64,000 nucleotides of DNA from an uncultured Actinomycetota bacterium (GTDB lineage: Bacteria > Actinomycetota > Actinomycetes > Actinomycetales > Cellulomonadaceae): the NCBI GenBank assembly GCA_963782165.1, contig CAWAIO010000002.1:148298-212297 (forward strand), given 5' to 3'. The stretch's first letter is position 1; each line of letters starts with the position of its first letter. Below, piece after piece: positions 48,371 to 58,357 of the stretch. Position numbers and translations under genes: made by a program. A model generated the notes under the pieces. It did no database searches. It saw nothing but the letters and a program-made list of their open reading frames with translations, and had not been told where the DNA came from.

Positions 48371-48435
48371 CCGTTGAGTGCGGAGTTCTTGTGCGACACG
48401 CCCGGCGTGTCGCACAAGAACTCCGCACTCAACGG
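48371..48435. repeat. 65-bp perfect palindrome (32-bp arms), REP/REPIN-like
   Basis: ccgttgagtgcggagttcttgtgcgacacgcc-c-ggcgtgtcgcacaagaactccgcactcaacgg. Confidence 0.92.
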
Positions 48436-48443
48436 CGGGCGGC

Positions 48444-49289
48444 TCAGTGGCGGCTCTCGAACTCCTGCACCACGGCGTAGCCCAGCCGGGTGTAGACGCG
48501 GCGGGCGGCGTCGTTGTCGGCGTACATGCCCAGGGTCACCCAGTCCGCCTCCGCGAGCCCGGCCCGGGTCACGACGGCCGTGGTGGCCGCGGCGATGCCG
48601 TGCCCGCGCCATGCCGGGTCGGTCGCGATGCTGCCCAGTGCCCAGGGCGTGCCCGGTTCAACCTGCCGGGCACCGACGACGCCGCGCAGCGCGCCGTCCG
48701 GGTCGCGCCAGCCCCACCAGCGGGCCCACGGGTCCTCGGGGCTCATCTCCGCGAGCGGGTTCGCGACGTCCAGGCAGGCCTGCACCTCGGCCGCGGCCGA
48801 CGGCCCGGTCAGCGCCTCGACCCGCTCCTCGCCCGGCTGGGTCGGCGGGGCCTCGCGCGTGGCGAGGAAGTCCCAGCTCGACACCGACCGCCCCTCGCCG
48901 TCGCGCAGGACGGACGGCAGGTCCTGGGCAGCGACGCGCTCGCCCAGGAGGTCGAGCGTCCCGCGGGGCAGGCCCGCGCTGACCACACGGTCGCCGAGCG
49001 CACCCGAGCCCACGACGCGGGCCAGCAGGTCCGCCGTCGCCCCGGCCGACCCCACGCCCCACAGGCCGACGGCCTGCGCGGGGCGAGCGGCGCCGTCGGG
49101 CCCCTCGATCCCGTCCGCCGGGGCCGCGAGCGCCACGCTCAGCACGCACGCCTGCTCGTCCTGCCACACCCCGCGCACGTCCCACTCCGCGAGGTCCGTC
49201 AGGACAAAGGGGTGGGAGGCCCACCGGTCCGTCAGACCGGTCGAGCCTCCCAGCGTCCTTGCCAGCGTGCGGGTGTCCGGGGCGCTCAC
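48444..49289 (-). CDS. GNAT family N-acetyltransferase
   Basis: C-terminal [13 protein letters not shown] and [13 protein letters not shown]; GTGA overlap with the aspS stop. Confidence 0.85.
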   Translation of the reverse strand: MSAPDTRTLARTLGGSTGLTDRWASHPFVLTDLAEWDVRGVWQDEQACVLSVALAAPADGIEGPDGAARPAQAVGLWGVGSAGATADLLARVVGSGALGDRVVSAGLPRGTLDLLGERVAAQDLPSVLRDGEGRSVSSWDFLATREAPPTQPGEERVEALTGPSAAAEVQACLDVANPLAEMSPEDPWARWWGWRDPDGALRGVVGARQVEPGTPWALGSIATDPAWRGHGIAAATTAVVTRAGLAEADWVTLGMYADNDAARRVYTRLGYAVVQEFESRH

Positions 49290-51120
49290 GCCTTCCCGGT
49301 GACGGCAGGAGCGGCGTCGGTGTCTGCAACGGCGTCCGGTGCGGGCGCCGCCTTGGGCTTGGCGTCGACGCCCGCCTCCTTGCGCTGCTGCGCCGTGATG
49401 GGCGCGGGTGCCTGCGTCAGCGGGTCGAACCCGCCGCCCGACTTGGGGAACGCGATGACGTCGCGGATGGACTCCGACTTCGTCAGCAGCGCCACGATGC
49501 GGTCCCAGCCGAACGCGATGCCGCCGTGCGGCGGGGCGCCGAACGCGAAGGCGTCGAGCAGGAAGCCGAACTTCTCCTGCGCCTCCTCCTCGCCGATGCC
49601 CATGACCGCGAACACGCGCTCCTGGACGTCGCGGCGGTGGATACGGATCGAGCCGCCACCGATCTCGTTGCCGTTGCACACGATGTCGTACGCGTAGGCG
49701 AGCGCCTCGCCCGGGTTCTGCTCGAACGTGTCGATCCACTCGGGCGTGGGCGAGGTGAACGCGTGGTGCACCGCGGTCCAGGCCGAGTTGCCCAGTGCGA
49801 CGTCGCCCTCGTCGGCGGCCTCGCCCGTGGGCTTGAACAGCGGGGCGTCGACGATCCAGACGAACGCCCAGGCGTCCTCGTCGATCTGGCCCGTGCGCTT
49901 CGCGATCTCCTGACGGGCCGCGCCCAGCAGGGCGCGCGACTCGTTGGTACGGCCCGCGGCGAAGAACACCGCGTCGCCCGGCTGCGCGCCGGTCGCGTCG
50001 CGCAGGCCCTCGCGCTCGGCCTCCGAGAGGTTCTTGGCGACCGGGCCCGCGAGCGTGCCGTCCTCCTGGAACGTCACGTACGCCAGGCCCTTGGCCCCGC
50101 GCTGCTTGGCCCACTCCTGCCAGGCGTCGAACTGGCGGCGCGGCTGCGAGGCCCCGCCCGCCATGACGACGGCGCCCACGTACTCGGCCTGGAAGACGCG
50201 GAACGGGGTGTCCTTGAAGTAGTCCGTGAGCTCGACGAGCGGGTTGCCGAAGCGCAGGTCCGGCTTGTCCGACCCGTACAGGCGCATCGCGTCGTGGAAC
50301 GTCATGCGCGGGATGGGCGTGGGGATCTTGTACCCGATGAGGTCCCACAGCGCGACGAGGATCTTCTCGCCGAGCGCGATCACGTCGTCCTGCTCGACGA
50401 AGCTCATCTCGACGTCGAGCTGCGTGAACTCGGGCTGGCGGTCCGCGCGGAAGTCCTCGTCGCGGTAGCAGCGGGCGATCTGGTAGTAGCGCTCCATGCC
50501 CGCAGACCATGAGCAGCTGCTTGAACAGCTGCGGGGACTGCGGCAGGGCGTACCAGGAGCCCGGGCGCCAGACGCGCGGGCACCAGGAAGTCGCGGGCGC
50601 CCTCCGGGGTCGAGCGGGTCAGGGTCGGGGTCTCGATCTCGACGAAGTCCTGCGCGTCGAGCACGCGGCGCGCGGCCTGGTTGGCCTTGGCGCGCAGGCG
50701 CAGGGCGTGGGCCGGGGTGGGGCGGCGCAGGTCCAGGTAGCGGTGCTTGAGGCGCGCCTCCTCACCGATGACCTCGGTGCCCTCGAGGGCCGTGGAGACC
50801 TGGAAGGGCAGCGGCGCGGACTCGTTGAGCACGACGACGTCGCTCGCCACGACCTCGATCTCACCCGTGGGGAGGTTCTTGTTCTCGTTGCCCTCGGGGC
50901 GCCGGGAGACCTCGCCGGTGACCTGGAGCACGAACTCGGCGCGCAGCGGGTGCGCGATCGCCTCGTCGCGGATGACGACCTGGGCGATGCCCGAGGCGTC
51001 ACGCAGGTCGATGAAGGCCACCCCACCGTGATCGCGGCGACGGTCGACCCAACCGGTGAGGGTGACGGTCTGACCGATCTGCTCGGCCCGCAGGGAGCCG
51101 GCTGTATGGGTGCGAAGCAC
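49286..51120 (-). CDS. aspS: aspartate--tRNA ligase, probably non-discriminating (apparent frameshifts at about 50500-50570)
   Basis: [59 protein letters not shown]. Confidence 0.96.
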
Positions 51121-51257
51121 GGGGAGTCCTTCCGGAACATGCCGGGGCGCACAGTGGCGTCCCGGGATGGGAGTGGGGAGTGCGCAGACGACGCACGCGG
51201 ACGAGTCTAGTCTGTGGGCGGACCACGTTCGCAGGGGACACAGCCTGGGAGGCACGC

Positions 51258-51725
51258 ATGGCCAGACGGATCGCGACCACGGACCGGATCGGGCGCGACG
51301 AGCTCGTCGCGTTCCTGCGCGCCAACAGGCGAGCCGTGCTCCTCACCCGGCGGGCGAGCGGGGCACCCCAGATGAGCCCCGTCGCGTACGGGGTCGACGG
51401 CGAGGGGCGCGTCGTGGTCTCGACCTATCCCGACCGGGCCAAGGCCGTGAACCTGCGGCGCGACCCCGCCGCCTCGCTGTGCGTCCTGGGCGAGGACTTC
51501 GACGACGCCTGGGTCCAGGTCGACGGCACCGCCGAGGTGATCGACCTGCCCGACTCGGTCGAGCCCCTCGTCGAGTACTACCGCTCGATCGCCGGGGAGC
51601 ATCCCGACTGGGACGAGTACCGCCAGGCCATGGTCGCGCAGGGCAAGTCGCTGCTGCGCGTGACGATCACCGGCTGGGGCCCCGTGGCCACGGGCGGGTT
51701 CCCGGCACGGCTCACGCAGGACTGA
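51258..51725 (+). CDS. PPOX-class (F420-dependent-type) oxidoreductase
   Basis: [34 protein letters not shown]. Confidence 0.85.
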   Translation: MARRIATTDRIGRDELVAFLRANRRAVLLTRRASGAPQMSPVAYGVDGEGRVVVSTYPDRAKAVNLRRDPAASLCVLGEDFDDAWVQVDGTAEVIDLPDSVEPLVEYYRSIAGEHPDWDEYRQAMVAQGKSLLRVTITGWGPVATGGFPARLTQD

Positions 51726-51792
51726 GCGCGGGCGTCCGCTGGGACGTCTCGTTCAGCGGACGAGCGCCGGGCGCGCCCTCCGTACGCCCGCG

Positions 51793-52935
51793 CTAGAAGA
51801 GCAGCTGCTCGGCGCTCGCGGACGCGCTCGTGCCTGTGCGTGCCGGCGCTCTGCCGCTGCCCCGGTGCTGCGCCACCAGACTCCCGGCCGGGTAGTCACC
51901 CTCGTCGGGCCGCGCCCTCTCGCCAGGAGACTCGGGGTGCCAGGCGGTCCGGGCGTGGCCCGACGTGCGCGCCTGGTCGCGGTGCCCGGCGCTCGCGAAG
52001 CCGCGCTCGACGAGCAGCGGGCGCACCCGGTCCCACAGCCAGTCCCGGTACGCGCGGCTCGCGTACGACCCGCCCGCGTAGACGCGTTCGTAGCCCGCGA
52101 CCCGCTCGGGGTGGTCGCGGCGCAGCCAGGCCATGAACCACTCGCGCGTGCCGGGCTTGAGGAACAGCGGGAGGACCGTGGCGCCGGTCGCGCCAGCCTC
52201 GTGGACCGTGTCGAGCAGGCGCGTGAGGTGGTCGGTCGAGTCGGTGAGCCACGGCAGGACCGGGGCGATCATGACCCCGCACGGCAGCCCGGCCGCCCGG
52301 GCGGCGCGGACGAGGTCGAGGCGGGCGCGCGGCGTGGGCGTCCCCGGCTCGACGGCCTGCTGGAGGTCCTCGTCGACGAACGCCAAGGAGACCCCGATGC
52401 CCACGTCCACGCTCTGTGCCGCCTGCGTCAGGCGCGGGAGGTCGCGGCGCAGGAGCGTGCCCTTGGTGAGGATCGAGAACGGCGTGCGCGAGGCTTCGAG
52501 CGCATCGATGATCCCGGGCATGAGCCGATAGCGACCCTCGGCGCGCTGGTACGGGTCGGTGTTGGTGCCGAGCGCGACCGGCTCCCCCGTCCACGACGGC
52601 TTGGCGAGCTCGGTGCGCAGCACGTCGGCGACGTTCACCTTGACGACGATCTGGTTGTCGAAGTCCTCGCCGGGGTTCATGTCGAGGTAGCGGTGCGAGG
52701 GGCGCGCGAAGCAGTAGGAGCAGGCATGGGAACAGCCGCGGTAGGGGTTGATCGTCCAGGTGAACGGCATCCGGGACTCCCCCGGCACCTTGGACAGCGC
52801 GCTCTTGGCGGCCACCTCGTGGAAGGTGACACCGGCGAACTCGGGCGTGCGCACGGTCCGCACCAGCCCAGCCGTGCGCGAGAGCCCGGGCAGGGCGCCG
52901 TCGTCTGCCGCGATCGCCTGCCCGTCCCACCTCAT
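51793..52935 (-). CDS. Rv2578c-family radical SAM protein (SplB-like)
   Basis: MRWDGQ, INPYRGCSHACSYCFAR (CxxxCxxC), GTNTDPYQRAEG, LTK, C-terminal QLLF. Confidence 0.92.
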   Translation of the reverse strand: MRWDGQAIAADDGALPGLSRTAGLVRTVRTPEFAGVTFHEVAAKSALSKVPGESRMPFTWTINPYRGCSHACSYCFARPSHRYLDMNPGEDFDNQIVVKVNVADVLRTELAKPSWTGEPVALGTNTDPYQRAEGRYRLMPGIIDALEASRTPFSILTKGTLLRRDLPRLTQAAQSVDVGIGVSLAFVDEDLQQAVEPGTPTPRARLDLVRAARAAGLPCGVMIAPVLPWLTDSTDHLTRLLDTVHEAGATGATVLPLFLKPGTREWFMAWLRRDHPERVAGYERVYAGGSYASRAYRDWLWDRVRPLLVERGFASAGHRDQARTSGHARTAWHPESPGERARPDEGDYPAGSLVAQHRGSGRAPARTGTSASASAEQLLF

Positions 52936-52943
52936 GACACCAT

Positions 52944-52959
52944 TCGAACACATGTTCGA
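52944..52959. promoter_or_regulatory. LexA SOS box
   Basis: TCGAAC-ACAT-GTTCGA, a perfect actinobacterial consensus 8 nt upstream of the radical SAM start. Confidence 0.9.
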
Positions 52960-53005
52960 CCGGGCTGTCGAAGTGACCCGCGGGCGTGGCGCCAGGGCGG
53001 TCGGG

Positions 53006-53704
53006 CTAGCCGAGGCCGACCGCCCGCACCCACCGGTCGACCAGGGGTCCGGCGTCGGCGACCTCCTCGCCGCGCACGGCGAGCCCGGCCCCCAGGACCG
53101 CGTCGGGAGCGAGCTGCGAGTAGACGTCGGGTGCCCGCCCGAGGCCGCTCATGGCATGCGTCGTGACCGGCAGGATCGTGGCGCCCGGGAGCGAGACGCC
53201 GTCGAGGAACGTCGACATGATCAGGGGCGGGCGCACGTTCCAGATCGGGCTCGCGAGGATCACCGTCCCGTAGCCGGACACGTCCGGCAGCGGGTCGGCG
53301 ATCTGGGGGCGCGCGTCCGTCTCCTGCTCGCGCAGGTTGCGCGCCACGGTCTCGTCGTAGGAGTGCGGGTAGGGGTCGGCGGCCGCGATGCGGTAGAGGT
53401 CGCAGCCGGTGCGGTCGGCGATCATGGTCGCCAGCACCTCGGTGTTGCCGACCTCGATGTCCCGGCGCGCTCGATACCAGTAGTTCTCCCCGGGCCGGGA
53501 GAAGTACGCCAGCAGGACGCCGCCCTCCGTCGGGCTCACCGCGCCGGGCCGGGGCGCGGTCGTCGGGCCGGGGGCGCCGGGCCCCGTCCGCTCCACGCGT
53601 GCGCCGGACCCTCCGGACCCGGCGCACGAGGCGGCGACCAGGACGGCAGCCCCGGTGACCGCGACGCGCAGCAGGTCACGGCGCGAGACCGCGGCGGCCG
53701 TCAC
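53006..53704 (-). CDS. flavodoxin-like protein with Tat signal and possible lipobox
   Basis: SRRDLL twin-arginine, LVAASC, YFSRPGENY, GNT, SPIW, TH.MSG. Confidence 0.82.
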   Translation of the reverse strand: MTAAAVSRRDLLRVAVTGAAVLVAASCAGSGGSGARVERTGPGAPGPTTAPRPGAVSPTEGGVLLAYFSRPGENYWYRARRDIEVGNTEVLATMIADRTGCDLYRIAAADPYPHSYDETVARNLREQETDARPQIADPLPDVSGYGTVILASPIWNVRPPLIMSTFLDGVSLPGATILPVTTHAMSGLGRAPDVYSQLAPDAVLGAGLAVRGEEVADAGPLVDRWVRAVGLG

Positions 53705-54606
53705 GCGCCCGCCGCCCGGTCGGCGGCGGGCGTGACGCCGGATCCGGCGTCCCGGGTCGCCGCGAGCGAGGCCAGCAGCGCGAGGGCGTCGGCGGCCGGG
53801 CTCCCCGGGGCCGCGCTGTACGCCACCAGGGCCAGGCCCGGCTCCTGGGCGAGCTCCATGACGTCGTAGTCGAGGGCCAGGACCCCGATCTCCGGGTGAT
53901 GCAGGCGCTTGAGGCCCGCCCGGTGCACCCGGACGTCACGCGTGGCCCACAGGTCCCGGAACCGCTCGGAGCGCGTCGAGAGCTCACCCACCAGGTCGCT
54001 GAGCGCCTTGTCGTACGGGTTGCGTCCCGCCGCACCGTGCAGCGCGGCGACCGAGGCCCGCGAGACGTCGTCCCAGTCGACGTAGAAGCGCCGGGCCGCA
54101 GGGTCGAGGAACGCGAACCGGGCAGTGTTGGGAGCGGTGCCGGTCGCACGCGCGAAGTCGTGGACCGGTGCGTGCAGCTCACGGGCCAGCGCGTTGGTCG
54201 CGACGATGGCACCGCGGCTGTCCGTCACGTACGCCGGGGTCGCGGTCATCGAGTCCAGGACACGCTGCACGGACACCGGGACCGTCACCGCACGCGTCAC
54301 CGCCCGGCGCTTGCGGGCAGGCTGCCCGGCCGTGCGCGCCAGGTGGCGCAGGTGCAGCGTCTCGGCCTCGTCCAGGCGCAACGCCGCGGCAAGGGCGTCG
54401 AGCACCGCGTCCGATGCCCCCGCGAGGTCGCCACGCTCGAGCCGCGCGTAGTACTCCGACGACACTCCCGCGAGCACCGCGACCTCGTCCCGCCGCAGCC
54501 CCGGGACCCGACGCCGACCCGTGCTCGGCGGCAGGCCCACGTCGGCCGGCGTCAGCCGGGCGCGGCGGCTGGCCAGGAAGTCGCGTACCTCGTCTCGATG
54601 ATCCAT
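53701..54606 (-). CDS. XRE-family HTH regulator with MmyB-type ligand-binding domain
   Basis: FLASRRARLTP, RRVPGLRRDEVA.LAGVS.EYYARLERG, LVGELS..SERF..LW. Confidence 0.92.
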   Translation of the reverse strand: MDHRDEVRDFLASRRARLTPADVGLPPSTGRRRVPGLRRDEVAVLAGVSSEYYARLERGDLAGASDAVLDALAAALRLDEAETLHLRHLARTAGQPARKRRAVTRAVTVPVSVQRVLDSMTATPAYVTDSRGAIVATNALARELHAPVHDFARATGTAPNTARFAFLDPAARRFYVDWDDVSRASVAALHGAAGRNPYDKALSDLVGELSTRSERFRDLWATRDVRVHRAGLKRLHHPEIGVLALDYDVMELAQEPGLALVAYSAAPGSPAADALALLASLAATRDAGSGVTPAADRAAGA

Positions 54607-54756
54607 GCCATCGACCCTACGAGCGTCCCACCGACCTAGCCACGCACTGGCAGTACACCTCTCCGCAGGGCATTCCTCCCCGTCCCGGGTGATGGTGGAG
54701 TGGAGGCGAGGCGCCGCCGACCGGCGGACCGGTACGGCGGACGAAGGGACCCAGAC

Positions 54757-55797
54757 ATGCGAGCGACGTACCTGTACGGAACGGGCGACATCCGGGTCGA
54801 CGAGGTTCCGGACCCCGGGCTCCAGGAGCCTGGCGACGCGCTCGTGCGCGTCGTCCGGGCGTGCGTGTGCGGATCGGACCTGCACCGCTACCACGACTAT
54901 GCGGGCGAGCCCCGTCCCATGGGCCACGAGCTGCTCGGGGTCGTCGAGGAGGTCGGTGCCGAGGTGACCACCGTGCGTCCCGGGGACTTCGTGATCTGCC
55001 CGTTCGGCATCCAGGACAACACGTGCGTCTACTGCCGCGAAGGCATGCAGACCTCCTGCGTCCACGGGCACTTCTTCGGCACCGGCGGAGTCGGCGGTGC
55101 GCAGGCCGAGGCCGTGCGCATCCCCCTCGCCGACGGCACCCTCGTCAAGACCGGCACGGCGCTCGCGGACACCGACGAGGCGATGCTGAACTCGCTGCTG
55201 ACGCTGTCCGACGTGTTCCTCACCGGGCACCACGCCGCGCACAGGGGCCGGGTGGGCCCAGGCCGGACCGTGACGGTGATCGGGGACGGTGCCGTCGGGC
55301 TGTCCGCAGTCCTCGCCTCGCGACGGCTCGGCGCCGAGCGGGTCGTCCTCATGGGACGCCACACCGACCGCACCGACCTGGGCGTCGAGCTCGGCGCGAC
55401 CGACGTGGTGCCCGAGCGCGGCGAGGAGGGCGTGGCCAGGGTCCGCGACCTGACCGACGGGCAGGGCACCCACGTCGTGATCGAGGCCGTCGGGCACGTG
55501 CCCGCCTACCAGCAGGCGTACGGGGTCGTGCGGGTCGGCGGCGTCATCTCCCGCGTCGGGGTCCCGCAGTACGAGGACGCCCCCGTGGGGTGGGGTTCGC
55601 TGTTCGGGCGCAACATCACCCTGACGGGCGGGCCCGCCCCGGTGCGGGCCTACATCGAGGAGGTCCTGCCCGACGTGCTCGCCGGACGCATCGATCCCGG
55701 CCGCGTGTTCGACCGCGTCCTCCCGCTCGACCAGGTCGCCGAGGCCTACCGCGCCATGGACGCGCGCGAGGCCCTCAAGGTCGCGCTCGTGCCGTGA
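54757..55797 (+). CDS. zinc-dependent alcohol dehydrogenase
   Basis: CGSDLH, GHE, DxxCxxC...C, GDGAVG. Confidence 0.92.
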   Translation: MRATYLYGTGDIRVDEVPDPGLQEPGDALVRVVRACVCGSDLHRYHDYAGEPRPMGHELLGVVEEVGAEVTTVRPGDFVICPFGIQDNTCVYCREGMQTSCVHGHFFGTGGVGGAQAEAVRIPLADGTLVKTGTALADTDEAMLNSLLTLSDVFLTGHHAAHRGRVGPGRTVTVIGDGAVGLSAVLASRRLGAERVVLMGRHTDRTDLGVELGATDVVPERGEEGVARVRDLTDGQGTHVVIEAVGHVPAYQQAYGVVRVGGVISRVGVPQYEDAPVGWGSLFGRNITLTGGPAPVRAYIEEVLPDVLAGRIDPGRVFDRVLPLDQVAEAYRAMDAREALKVALVP

Positions 55798-55927
55798 GCC
55801 GCACCCCGTCCCCTCCCACCGGCGAGCAGCAGCGCTCCCCGCCGGTACGGCCTGCCACGCGCGCCCCTCGGCGCGCCGGCCACCATCCTCTCCGACCGCA
55901 GCACCAGCACCGATCAAGGAGCACCCC

Positions 55928-56818
55928 ATGAGCACCCACTCGACCCCCGCCCTCACCCTGAACAACGGCGTCACGATGCCCGCCCTGGGCTTCGGCGTCT
56001 TCCAGACGCCGCCCGACGAGACGGTGGCCTCGGTCCGCACGGCCCTCGAGACCGGGTACCGGCTCGTGGACACCGCCGCGGCGTACGGCAACGAGCGCGA
56101 GGTCGGCCGCGCGCTCGCCGCGTCGGGCCTCGACCGCAGCGAGGTGTTCGTCGAGACCAAGGTCTGGATCAGCGACTACGGCTACGACACGACCCTGCAC
56201 GCGTTCGACAAGTCCGCGGGCAAGCTCGGCCTCGAGCAGATCGACCTGCTCCTGCTGCACCAGCCCCTGCCATCCAGGTTCGACCTCACGCTCGAGGCCT
56301 ATCGCGCCCTGGAGACGCTCCTCGCGGACGGCAAGGTCCGCGCGATCGGCGTGAGCAACTTCATGCCCGAGCACCTCGACCGCCTCCTGGAGACCGCGAG
56401 CGTCGTCCCGGCCGTCAACCAGGTCGAGGTCCACCCGTACTTCCAGCAACGCGACCTCCAGGCCGTGGACGCGACCCACGACGTCCTGACCCAGGCCTGG
56501 TCCCCCATCGGCGGCATCACGTCCTACCGCGAGGGCGGCGCACGCACGTTCGACGACCCCGAGATCCTCGCGATCGCCCGCGCCCACGACAAGACCGCCG
56601 CGCAGGTCATGCTGCGCTGGCACCTGCAGGAAGGCCGCTCCGCGATCCCCAAGTCCACCAAGCCGGCTCGCATCGCCGAGAACTTCGACGTGACCGACTT
56701 CGCGTTGACCGACACCGAGCTCGCCGCGATCGACGCGCTCGACCAGGGGGTGCGCCGCGGCCCCGACCCCGCCGACATCACCCTCGAGAGCTTCGGCGCC
56801 CCGATCCCCGAGGCCTGA
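55928..56818 (+). CDS. aldo/keto reductase
   Basis: GFGVFQ, DTAAAYGNE, TK, LLHQP, IGVSNF, NQVEVHP, IPKS, ENFD. Confidence 0.94.
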   Translation: MSTHSTPALTLNNGVTMPALGFGVFQTPPDETVASVRTALETGYRLVDTAAAYGNEREVGRALAASGLDRSEVFVETKVWISDYGYDTTLHAFDKSAGKLGLEQIDLLLLHQPLPSRFDLTLEAYRALETLLADGKVRAIGVSNFMPEHLDRLLETASVVPAVNQVEVHPYFQQRDLQAVDATHDVLTQAWSPIGGITSYREGGARTFDDPEILAIARAHDKTAAQVMLRWHLQEGRSAIPKSTKPARIAENFDVTDFALTDTELAAIDALDQGVRRGPDPADITLESFGAPIPEA

Positions 56819-56842
56819 CCATCGGCCGGGCACCCGCCCGCA

Positions 56843-56883
56843 CGCGTGAGGCCCGGCAGAGAACCCCTGCCGGGCCTCACGCG
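56843..56883. terminator. 17-bp-stem hairpin between convergent AKR and hisS
   Basis: cgcgtgaggcccggcag-agaaccc-ctgccgggcctcacgcg. Confidence 0.72.
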
Positions 56884-56915
56884 CGTCCACCCGGGTCAGC
56901 GCCCGGACGCCAGGC

Positions 56916-58313
56916 TCACTCCCCCGCAGGCACGACCCGCGGCCACAGGTCCTCCTCGGCCGGGGTCCACACCGCCGGGTCAGCGGCGACCTGCTCGCCC
57001 GAGCGGATGTCCTTGACCTGGTGCGCCACGACCTCCCCGTCCGCGCCGATCCCCGCGGGGAACCACACGAACGGAATGCCGCGACGGTCCGCGAACTTGA
57101 TCTGCTTGCCGAACTTCGCCGCGCTCGGCGCGACCTCGACCGGGATGCCGCGCGCACGCAGCGCGAACGCGACCGCGTCGGAGGCGGGACGCGTCTCCTC
57201 GCTCGTGACCGCGACCACGACCGCGCTCGGCACCGACCGCGTCGAGCGGACCAGGCCCGCGCTCAGCAGCCGCGAGACCAGGCGCGAGACCCCGATCGAG
57301 AGCCCCACGCCCGGGTAGGTGTTCGCGCCGTCCGAGGCCAGGGTGTCGTACCGCCCGCCCGAGCAGATCGACCCGAGCTGCTCGTGCCCCACCAGCACCG
57401 TCTCGTAGACCGAGCCCGTGTAGTAGTCCAGTCCGCGCGCGATCTTGAGGTCCGCGACCACGACGCCCGGCGCGCGCACGGCCGCCGCGTCGATCAGCGC
57501 CGACAGCTCGCGCAACCCCTCCTCGAGCAGCTCCGAGGTCACGCCGTGCTCCGAAGCGAGCGCCCGCACCCGCTCCGCGACGCTCGCGTCCGAGCCGGAG
57601 ATCGCCGCGAGCGCGAGGCACGCGCCCGCCTGCTCGGGCGTCGCGCCCGTCTCAGCGACGAGCAGCGCCCCGACCTTGTCCGGCCCGATCTTGTCGAGCT
57701 TGTCGATGCTGCGCAGCACGCCCTCGACGTCGTCCAGCCCCAGCCCGCGGTAGAAGCCCTCGGCGACCTTGCGGTTGTTCACCAGGATGCGCACCTCAGG
57801 GACACCGATCGATCGCAGCTCGCCCAGCGCCTCGGCCATGACCAGCGGCAGCTCGACCTCGAAGTGGTAGGGCAGATCACCCGCACCCACGACGTCGATG
57901 TCCGCCTGCACGAACTCACGGAACCGCCCGTCCTGGGGACGCTCGCCGCGCCACACCTTCTGGATCTGGTGACGCTTGAACGGGAACGCCAGGTGACCGG
58001 CGTTCTCCAGCACGTAGCGCGCGAACGGCACCGTCAGGTCGAAGTGCAGGCCGAGCTGCTTGTCGCCCTTGGCCGACTGCCCCTCAGCGCCCCCCTGGGA
58101 ACCCTCCTCCTGGAGCCGGCGCAGCACGTACACCTCCTTGGAGGTCTCGCCCTTGCGCAGCAGCTGGTCCAGGGGCTCGACGGCTCGCGTCTCGATCCCC
58201 GCGAAACCATGGAGCTCGAACGTGCGACGCAGCGTGTCGAGCACGTGCTGCTCCACGACGCGTCCAGCAGGGAGCCATTCGGGGAAACCGGAGAGAGGTG
58301 TAGGTCGGGCCAT
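56916..58313 (-). CDS. hisS: histidine--tRNA ligase
   Basis: LSGFPE, FDLTVP, RGERPQDGRFREF.Q.D, RGLDYYTG, GGRYD. Confidence 0.96.
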   Translation of the reverse strand: MARPTPLSGFPEWLPAGRVVEQHVLDTLRRTFELHGFAGIETRAVEPLDQLLRKGETSKEVYVLRRLQEEGSQGGAEGQSAKGDKQLGLHFDLTVPFARYVLENAGHLAFPFKRHQIQKVWRGERPQDGRFREFVQADIDVVGAGDLPYHFEVELPLVMAEALGELRSIGVPEVRILVNNRKVAEGFYRGLGLDDVEGVLRSIDKLDKIGPDKVGALLVAETGATPEQAGACLALAAISGSDASVAERVRALASEHGVTSELLEEGLRELSALIDAAAVRAPGVVVADLKIARGLDYYTGSVYETVLVGHEQLGSICSGGRYDTLASDGANTYPGVGLSIGVSRLVSRLLSAGLVRSTRSVPSAVVVAVTSEETRPASDAVAFALRARGIPVEVAPSAAKFGKQIKFADRRGIPFVWFPAGIGADGEVVAHQVKDIRSGEQVAADPAVWTPAEEDLWPRVVPAGE

Positions 58314-58357
58314 GGGACCCGATCTTTCCAGACTCCCGGACCGGACGAGCAATCCGC

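Noticed and set aside
53006-56883. Mobile element or genomic island boundaries around the redox cassette
   Set aside because: No integrase, transposase, tRNA or flanking direct repeats seen
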